Assembly (NCBI RefSeq): GCF_009914755.1
Contig: NC_060929.1
Source: the human T2T-CHM13v2.0 reference genome, Homo sapiens
Strand: one strand, 5' to 3'
DNA length: 64,000 bases
Position 1 is the first letter of the stretch. Each line of letters starts with the position of its first letter. This document shows, piece after piece, positions 54,522 through 64,000 of the stretch. Both the position numbers and the translations under genes were made by a program. Under the pieces are notes generated by a model that ran no database searches, was not told where the DNA came from, and saw nothing but the letters and a program-made list of their open reading frames with translations.

Positions 54522-56971
54522 ACAACATGAAATTTTGAATAAAGCAAATATAATTTTCAGATTCACTATGCCTCACTCCAGAAAGCGTATGAATTAGTGA
54601 ACAGTTTTATTTAATAATACATTATGAGAGAAATATAATAGCTATTAATGGAAAGTTGTATTAATTTTATTTTTATTGGAAAAGGTAAAGCATAATATGT
54701 CTTCAAAAGCCGAATGATAGGCAGCTAATGAATCTAGGCTTAAAGATAAAAATCTTGTTCTTTAACATGTATTGCTAGCCACAAATAATAATGCCTTCAG
54801 CTCCTCCAGAGAGAATCTCATGCTGCAAGGATTCCTGTATATGAAACATGCAATACCAAAGAACCTGCTTAAGAACCTCTTTATGCAGTCACAGTTGATT
54901 ATCAGCACTTGTGGTAGGGCTCTTTCATGCAGAAAAACCTTGTTCCAGGGAGCACCTGAAACCACTTTTCCAGCATTCTTTTTTGGATTTTGTTAACATT
55001 TTGATGTCAGAATTGCTTTTGGCTCATTGTCTCTAAGTATTCCTAAACGTTTCGGAACATGGCCAGCCTTTTTGCTCTAAAGATTATCCCACAACAAGCA
55101 AATATGTAAGAATGTTTGCAAGTGCTTCAGATGTCTATAGTGGCACCAACGGAATAGAATGCCTGATGTCATGTTGGAGCTGGGGATCTTCTGTCTTCCT
55201 GACTGGCTCCTCAGCCTGCCCCAGAAACTACATTTCAGTTTCTTTCTTGTGGACGCTGGTGATGAATAGGGTTGTATTAGCAACTGAACTGAAAACCAAT
55301 GGTTCTGACCAACTCCAACATCCAGCCCCACATAACCTCATCAGCTTAAGATGGAATGATTTTAGGCTTAGAGTTCAATGTGAATCATAATCTTTTCTTC
55401 ACCAGTTCTTGCTCTTTAATTAATGAATGTTACTTAACCTATGTCTCCATTTTTCTGTCTCTAAAATGGGTGCAGTTGTACCAACTGTGCAGAATTGTAA
55501 GGTTTAAATGTTAGGCATGTGAAAACCACCTGGCACAGGGTAGTTGCTCAAAAAGTAGTACTGTCTGTTTAGCATCATGAAATTCAGTAGCTGGAAATCT
55601 ACTTGTAGAAGAGGAGAACTCTGGGTTTTTTGGATCATATTCACTTAGCACCTAAATTTTATTTTGTAATTTCTCCATGAAATGTCTCTAGGTATACTCC
55701 ATAAGAAAAAGTATAATTATATATACCAGAGGTCCTCATTATCTGAATAATCAGGAGATGAGGGGAAAAACACACTAAAAAGTTAAGCCACAAAAAACTA
55801 GAACCATGTTTCATGGTAAATAGTGAAAAAAAAATCACCTAATTGAAACTTGTCTTGAAAAACTAAATGAATTATGAAAATAAGGCTATTAATACCTATA
55901 TTCTATAAAATTTGTTAGTTTTTAAAAATGAATTGGCAATCAGTTCTTTCAGCAAAATTTTACATTCATATTACATTACATCCTTTATTTTGTGTTTGAA
56001 TTTACAGTACATAATCAAAGATAGTCATTTTTGAAAAAAAAAAAAAAAAAGTCTTTGGGCTTTATCAGCTTACCCAAAGACCTGTCTTTATCATTTGATA
56101 GTCAGATCATACTCTTATGAAGTATCTGTCACACCTCCATCTTTGCTGATATCTTTCTGAAGTTATTTACTGCTCCAAATTTTCTAGTGGCCTGGTGTGT
56201 GTTTCACTTACTCAGCATCACTTTCTCTGACCTCGTGAATCCTGCATCTCTCACAAGCTTTGCAATTTCACTTCTAACCTACTTGCATTGTGTTTGTGTT
56301 GCATCAAAGGAAGGTTTAAAACCTTCCACAACCAGCAAGGTTCCAAACATGTTGATTTAATGAATACAAAGAGATGATACTTGTAAGCAGGGATGTTTGA
56401 AGGAGCTGTTTTTTTAAAAAACAGCCAATTCATGAATATTTTCATGTCATGATGATTTTACATCCCTATGTAACCTTGAAACTGTGGGAGGCTGGAGAAT
56501 CAGGCCTTGCTGTGTGGAGTTACTGTCATCCTCTGATGAAGAGCTCCATCGATGCCTTAAAGGTCCCAGCATGATCATTTCTAGCATGTTTGCTCACGCC
56601 ATCCCCCAGATTTTCCAGAACAGCCTTTCCACCCACATTTTTTGATCCTCTGCTGTCACATCATCAGTTCCTAATGACAAACTAGACATAGAAAAAAGCA
56701 GGAAAATCTTTCATACCATTTATCAGTACAATCAGCTTTTAGCTATCTGTAAAATTGGCCAGTAATGATTATGAAAGAATGATCCATTTTCTACTCCTAG
56801 GGGATAGATTCAGTTTGGGGACAAGAAAACAGAAAGAAATATATGTGAGTGTTTTAAATTCCAGCTGTGGAATCCTAATTTCCTAATCATCACTGATTTG
56901 CCTGCATCAAATAATTTTGCTTATCTAATTAACTGAAATAGTGGAGTCCTTCTGTAATGAGAATAGTAATT

Positions 56972-57165
56972 AAAACAATAACAACTAACCCTCTGTTGAG
57001 CACTTACTTTGTTCCAGTCACTATTCTAAGGATTTTGCTTGTATTATCTTATTTAACCTTCACAATGCCCTCAGATAAAAGTGTGCCTATTTTATAGACA
57101 AGGACAGTGAGTCCCCACCTCTTAAAATCCTATGAGCAATAGGTGATGGAGTAGAAATTTCATAA
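56972..57165 (-). mobile_element. MIR
   Basis: TGAGCACTTACTTTGTTCCAG...ATCTTATTTAACCTTCACAA...ATTTTATAGACAAGGA. Confidence 0.65.
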
Positions 57166-57849
57166 GACTGTGAGATGAATATGGATACTGTTGCCTTTGA
57201 GGTACAAAGAAATAGAAAGATTATCAGTATGGCTCACCATAGAGGAAACATTGGAGATTGAGGAATCTGAGTGTTTTCTGACCCCAGGAATGGAGCAAAT
57301 TGAAAGAATAACAGTGGAGAACCACATTTTTCCTCTGTTAAACCAGAGCTATCTAGAGGAACTCTGCAGTATTGACGTGAAGAGAATTGTAGTGGATAAG
57401 AACAAGGAAAATTCAAGGCTTATCAGTAGAAATGGAATGTTTGAAGTCGGAGAACTCATAGGAATGCTAGTACCAAGTACAGAATCAGATTAGCTGGAGG
57501 AGGGAGCTGGAGAATGTCTACACTTCACTAGATAATGAGAGTGGAGTGAGCCAAGAACTCAGTTGGAGTTTGACGGAATGAAGCAGAGGGTCCAACTGAG
57601 GCTGAACTGAGCGTGAACTACATTCAGCGGCCTAGGCAGTGCCCTCCTTGATAAGATAATGATAACAAACATATGCAAATGAATTAAACAGTACAGCAAC
57701 ATGTGGTCCAGCTAGCCTCACCTTGGACTCTGAAAAGTTCCATAGGGGCTTAAGTCCCAGACAAACAATATAGCCAAGAGGGAAAGAACCTAAAGAACCT
57801 ATGCTTAAAACATTAGATTGAGTTTCCAGGTCAGGTATCATAAATTCTA

Positions 57850-58151
<302 letters not shown>

Positions 58152-58645
58152 TGCTTCTATTTTTCTCACTGACTTGGTTGCATTCAGTGCCAGTAATTCC
58201 AGTGGTCACATATCCATGTTGTCTTTCGTGCCTGTTCTACCAGTTGGCATTGCTCCCTGGAAGGGACTTGGTCTACAACTGGCAGAACTCCTTCTCCTAA
58301 GGCCTTGTGTAAGGTCACTGGGATAGACCATGGCCCTGATGGTTGATATTGCCTCCCCTTGCCATACCTTACCTGGGAAAGTGAGGCCCAGGAGAAGGGA
58401 AAATGGGTGTAGAACAGATGTAAACACAAGTGTGTTTAATTTGAGGATCCAACATGATTTAAGAATTGAGGATAAAGTAGGAAAACTAAGTATCCATTTT
58501 CCACAGCACCTAGAACAGTGCTAGACACTGGTAAGGAGTTAAAAAAAAAAAACCCCCTCTTGGTTGGTTTAATAGTTTGGAAATGGGAAATTTTTTAAAC
58601 ACACTACATTTAATGCATCTGAAAAAATAAGCATTTATTGTCAAC

Positions 58646-58648
58646 TAT

Positions 58649-58689
<41 letters not shown>

Positions 58690-59317
58690 GAGACAGGGTC
58701 TTGCTTTGTCACCCAGGCTGGAGTGCAGTTATGCAATCGTAGTTCACTGCAGTCTCAAACTCCTGGGTTCAAGCAATCCTCCTGCCTCAGCCTCCTAAGT
58801 AGCTGAGACTGCAGGTGCCCTCCACCACACCAGGCTAATTAAAAAAAGAATATTATGTGTGTGAAGATGAGGTCTTCCTATGTTTCCCAGACTGTCCATG
58901 AACTCCTGGCCTCAAGTGATCCTCACCTCAGCTTCCCAAAGTGCTAGGATTGTCAGAGGCGTTTGAACCAGAGCAACTCCATCTTGAATAGGGGCTGAGT
59001 TAAATGAGGCTGAGACCTGCTGGGCTTAGGAAGTTACCCTATATAGTCTGAAAAGGGGATGCATGAATAATTCACCCTTTGTTTAGCATATAATCAAGAA
59101 ATAACCATAAAAATGGGCAACCAGCAGCCCTTAGGGCTGCGCTGTCTGTGGAGTAGCCATTCTTTTTATTCCTTTACTTTCTTAATAAACGTGCTTTCAC
59201 TTTATGGACTCACCCTGAATTCTTTCTTTTGCAAGATGCAAGAACCCTCTCTTGGGGTCTGGATCAGGACTCCTTTCCCATTAACAGGATTGCAGGTGTG
59301 AGCCACTGTGCCCAGCC
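58646..59317 (-). mobile_element. AluJ split by an LTR insertion (pieces 58646-58950 and 59287-59317)
   Basis: Alu reads ...CCCAAAGTGCTAGGAT, is interrupted, then resumes GGATTGCAGGTGTGAGCCACTGTGCCCAGCC. Confidence 0.9.
58951..59286 (+). mobile_element. MER41A-type ERV1 solo LTR, internally deleted
   Basis: TGTCAGAGGCGTTTGAACCAGAGCAACTCCATCTTGAATAGG ... AAGAACCCTCTCTTGGGGTCTGGATC...TAACA; 4-bp TSD GGAT. Confidence 0.9.
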
Positions 59318-60211
59318 AATTTTCAACATTTTATTGTTCAGCTATTTGACATAGATGGAAGACTTTAACTGGATATTCGAAAATTATATTCAAGACATAT
59401 GTGTTATTTGTACCACCACATCCTTTGCCTGCTTATAATGAAAATAAAACAATGTTTATGAATGTCATGCTAATGAAGTCATTTGCACTACGTGCTTTGA
59501 TACAAAGGTGCAGTCAACAGCCAATTTGAGGCCAAGTTGCTTTCATGTAAAAATTTTTTTTTCATTAATTTCATTTTCTTTATTTCTTTTTTTTATATTT
59601 CAATAAATTTTAAAAATGTAGACAGAACAATGCAGGAGACCTGTCTTCTCCCCACCTATGCCATTAGAAAACTGTGTGACCATAGGCAAGTCACTGGGCC
59701 CTTCTAGATCTCTTTTTTCCACATTTGTAGACCTATACAATTGTGAGAGATAATCCTAAATTTTTAAAATATACTGCTCAGTGCCTTTTTCCAGTGAAAG
59801 AAAACATAGAAAAGAATAACTGTTAAAAAGAGACATATACAAAACATTTGGGTAAGACTAGAGTTTGAACATAAAATGAATCTCAAAAGAATCTGCCATC
59901 TGTATTGGTGATCTCTCTTCCCCTTGGCTTCCTGCCTACTTTGTTGCCCCCATGCCCCGACCCCTATTTAATCCCATTTAGCTTATTTACTCCTGTGAAA
60001 TGTCCATCTTCTTTTTGCTTTCCCTAATTCCCTGTCTGGACTCTTTGGAACCATGAACCTTATTAATCGTGACCAATTTTATGATATATGCTTTTCCCCA
60101 AAATGCCGTATGTCTTATGTTTATTTTTAAATAATTAGGCCATGATTTGTTTGGGGATAAGACTTTTTCTATAGTACCAGTGCAAAAAATGTGGGATACC
60201 GTCTACGGCTA

Positions 60212-60598
<387 letters not shown>

Positions 60599-60887
60599 TC
60601 AAAATATTCTTGTGTGTCTATGCCAAACTCTGTGCTGAGCACTGTGGGTTATGGTGAACAAGCCAAAGGATCTCATCAGGCGGGATGCAGATGCATGGAC
60701 AGATAATAATAGGAAGTCATGGTAAGTATGTCGAGCGTCATTTGCTGGGGAATTTTTCACGGAGGAAGAGGCAGGTAGACAACCTAGACTTGAAGTCAGG
60801 TGTAAACTTAAAAGCTTCCTTAGGAGTTACTTCCTAAGTAACCCCTAAGCTGAGTTTTTGAAAAATAAGTTTAAAGGGCAAGCAAGT

Positions 60888-61375
60888 GAATTAGTCAGGG
60901 TCAAGTCAACATAAACAGAAACCATTCTAAATATTTTATACAGAGGAAAATTATAATAGAGAATTCGTTACTCCAATGCTGAAAGAGCTGAGCCACCAAA
61001 CTAAGCAAGATAAGGCAATCTTGATACTAGCAAAAGCAGGGAAGCCACCAGCCCCCCTAGGGCTTAAAGGACAAAGGGAAAAGGTCTATTACCACCCACA
61101 AGTTAGGGCCACTAGCAAAGCTGGAATGATGTTCAGCTGCTGAACAGTTACAGGAGCTGATGACATAGAAGACACTGCCTGTGGCAGGGTGAGTATGTAT
61201 GTGTATGTGAGAAAGAGAGACAGAGAAAGACTAAGTCCCTTCTCCAAGCCCTCCAGTCTTCTGATTGAGTCTGCCATTGGCCAGATTTACCTGGAAGCCA
61301 GTCAGTTGGCAAAGGAGCCTAGGAAATATCATTTCCTGAGAGAATATATCTGAGAGTAAATAGGCAAATGTTCAC
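60888..61375. mobile_element. Ancient LTR remnant (LTR78/79-like) within L2
   Basis: TTAGTCAGGGTC...AACAGAAACCATTCTA start; CCATTGGCCAGATTTACCTGGAAGCCAG...GGCAAAGGAGCCTAGGAAAT near the end. Confidence 0.4.
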
Positions 61376-61399
61376 ACCATTCATTGGCAAGTGAAAAGC

Positions 61400-62380
61400 C
61401 AAAGGTTGGGTGTTGGATGGCTTGGTGTGGTCATGAGAGAAGGAGGACATATACAGAGGTATCAGCATAAGCCAAAGCACCAGGACAAGAAACAGCATGA
61501 GATATGCACAGAATCTCAGTCTGTGTCATAAAGTTTCCAGTATGAGTCAGAGATTGATAGGAGCTGAATGTAGGCAGGCACCCAACATGAGAGGCTTCGT
61601 GTGACTTAACGGAGTTGCGGCCATCTTCCCTGTAGGCAGTGGGAAAATTCTGAAAGGTTTTCAACAGGGAAGTGGCAAGCCCATATTTGTATTTTAGGTC
61701 ACTTTGACAGTTGTGTAGACTCCTAGAATTATTTTTTAGAAGCAAAAATCTAATTTATTTGCCTTCGTCTTGTCCTTCTCAAATTCATTCAAGCAAAAAA
61801 CAATGAGAAACAGCAGTAAGAAAATGGTAGGAAGGATGGAAAACATAAAAATTTAATTGACAGGATGATTGGATGTACAGGTGAGGGAGAGGGAGGATCC
61901 AGGGATGGTACCCAAGTCTGTCACCTCAGCTGAGGTTGATGGTATTGTCAAGTAAGGTTAAGTTTGAGTTGGGAGCCTAAGGGACATCAAGCAGAGATAT
62001 CCAGGAGCAGATGGAATCTGTACACATAGGTATTAGTGGGTGAGTAAGAAGAGAAGTGGACCAAGACTTGACCATAGGGAGCAACAAATGTAAAGCCTTA
62101 AAAGAAAAAGAGAGTATCAGACAGGTCCAGGTGTGATTGGATTTAGTAATAGAAGATAATCTTATTCTAGATCATTTTCAGAGGAAAAAGTAGTAGAAAC
62201 TAAATTGTGCTGGGTTAGGAACTAAAAGGAAGACAAGAAAGTAGCAATGGTAAATGTAGATGTGTCTTTTGAGAGTTTGGATAAGACGAGAGAAAAGACG
62301 GGATGAAATCCAAAGTTGGGATGGGTTTCATTTGCAGGGTTGGTGAGACTTGAGGATGTATGTGGTCAGGTTCCAAAAAC
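61400..62380 (-). mobile_element. Diverged L2 fragments
   Basis: Purine-rich antisense-L2 landmarks (TAGGCAGTGGGAAA...TGAAAGGTTTTCAACAGGGA; GGACATCAAGCAGAGATATCCAGG; TTGGATTTAGTAA). Confidence 0.55.
61719..61815 (+). other. Candidate non-coding (5'-UTR) exon
   Basis: Donor GCA|GTAAGA at 61815/61816; several possible acceptors (AG ending 61697, 61710, 61718), so the start is uncertain. Confidence 0.35.
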
Positions 62381-62717
62381 CAGAGATGAGTTTCTTTAGA
62401 GGATAGAGTAGAGATAGAGACTAAGAGGCTCAGGGCTGGAGTCAGGCCTGGAGACACTTGGGAGAATTTCCCACAACTGTTTGCCAAGGAACTGCACTTA
62501 TGCTGCAAAGACAGTGCATTCAGAATTCCAGTCTTGGCAAAGAACCCAGGTAGCACTTTCCCGTTTCAAGCAGAAAGCGCCTGTATTACTGTGTGTGTGA
62601 TTTTAGGAGATAAATAGTAACAAAAACTAGCAGTTGTATAGCACTCTGCATCCTTCAAACTGGGCTCAGAGTTTCATTTGAATCCCATGATTGTCTCGTA
62701 GCTGTGTGTGCATAAAT

Positions 62718-62790
62718 TATATATATATATACATACAAACACACATATATAAATATAAGTGTATACATACACACATAGGTCTATATATAT
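62718..62790. repeat. TA/CA-rich low-complexity repeat
   Basis: Directly visible TATATA/CACA tracts. Confidence 0.8.
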
Positions 62791-64000
62791 TTTATGGTCT
62801 CTGAGAAACTCATTAGGAGCCTGAGACACACAGCAAATAGGACTTGCCAAACCTTTCATAATTCATACATGATTTAACCCAAGTCTTCTGACTTTGGAGT
62901 CGTAGGGCCATCTCTAACAGACTTTGCCATTGCAATTAACAGACTTTGTCATTCTGATAGATTGGCCTAGAGAGTGGCAAGTATATAGGCACTGTCCCCT
63001 TCACTTTACTTCCTGGTTCCCTAGGACTTTCAGCCTCAGATAGTCTGGGGGCTCCTCCTTTGGATACCCTAGTGTTCCAGGTAGTAAATGGTTTCGCTGA
63101 GTACCATAGAGTCAGTTTTCCTATGATGGCAGCTCCTCCCCTCCCAGCCTCCTATATTCTGGGGCTCTTCCTTTCCACACACAAGAAAAGGTGCCTCCCA
63201 AGCCCTTGTACTTGCAGAACTTTTCGTCATGGCCTCATTTTCAAATTCTGTCATCCTTCTCTGCTACCAGATTTCCAGTTTTTGAACCTCGTATATACAG
63301 AAATCACACATTTCTCCCCATTTCTACTCAAGCCCATGCCACACAAACCTGGTGGGACTCCTGACTCTGTCATGTACCAGCTGGAACTAACTGAGCAAGC
63401 GACTCAGCCTTAGTGAACCTAATGATACCTTGCAGAGTTATTATAAGGATTTCAGGAGATAACTTATTTGAAGGATCCAGCTTAGCACCAGGCTTAATAA
63501 ATCTTAGCTCCTTTCTCCCATCAGAGTGGCCTGGAGCTCTTATCCACATTTCTCAGCAGTTAGCACAGTAATATAATTAGCAACATTAGTATATCTAAAA
63601 GGCAATTACCATTTAATTGCTCTGGCCCCAGCCAGCCTGAAGTTTCTCTCCATTCACTTTTAATTTGGGGTTAGGGGTTTTTAGTCCTACCCTGGCTGGT
63701 CACAAAATCACTGCCTCAGAGAGAATTGAAAATAGCTGTAGGCAGCCATTGATTACACAGTAAGAGATTTGGTAATTCCTTCCATTTTGTCCTATATAAA
63801 AATGCACATATCAGTTTGCTCCCGGCCAGCGAACTAATCAGTTCCAAGCGGCATTTTTCTGAGTCAGTGAAGGATCGTCTTTGGTCAGACCAGCTCTGAT
63901 CTCAAGAAGGCAAGCACTCCCACAGATGCTCCACACTGATCTTCATTAAAATAAATTAGTGCCCTTGTATAGGTTCAGACTCAGAATCAAGTTTCAGCCA

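Noticed and set aside
57191-57493. 100-aa Glu-rich ORF that looks protein-like
   Set aside because: Starts at TTG, has no recognisable family or clear exon boundaries, and its purine-rich composition fits a decayed antisense LINE; BLASTP/PhyloCSF would settle it.
62915-62953. 17-bp near-perfect direct repeat TAACAGACTTTG(C/T)CATT
   Set aside because: Ordinary micro-duplication; nothing suggests function.

Overview
Primate, almost certainly human, genomic DNA: it carries Alu J/S elements, an AluYa5 with all five diagnostic positions, and THE1, MER41, MIR and L2 repeats. The window holds ~6.5 kb of upstream sequence, then a TATA-less CpG-island promoter (~6.5-7.7 kb) with a non-coding first exon on the + strand ending at a strong donor (CGG|GTGAGT, 7119/7120). 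The remaining ~57 kb looks intronic/5'-UTR and repeat-rich, with several candidate small non-coding exons. I see no credible protein-coding exon, RNA gene or CRISPR-like array; the supplied ORFs are explained by GC-rich sequence, repeats or chance. From memory only, the architecture resembles the 5' part of LRRC8B (tentative, needs BLAT). I found no evidence of a new biological system. The best leads are a sense THE1 LTR with a DUX4-type motif and splice donor (possible alternative promoter), a young AluYa5, a MER41A-type LTR nested in an AluJ, a ~130-bp diverged local duplication, and a perfect 23-bp duplication inside an old AluJ. Repeat subfamily calls are from recalled consensus sequences, and boundaries of old repeats are approximate.
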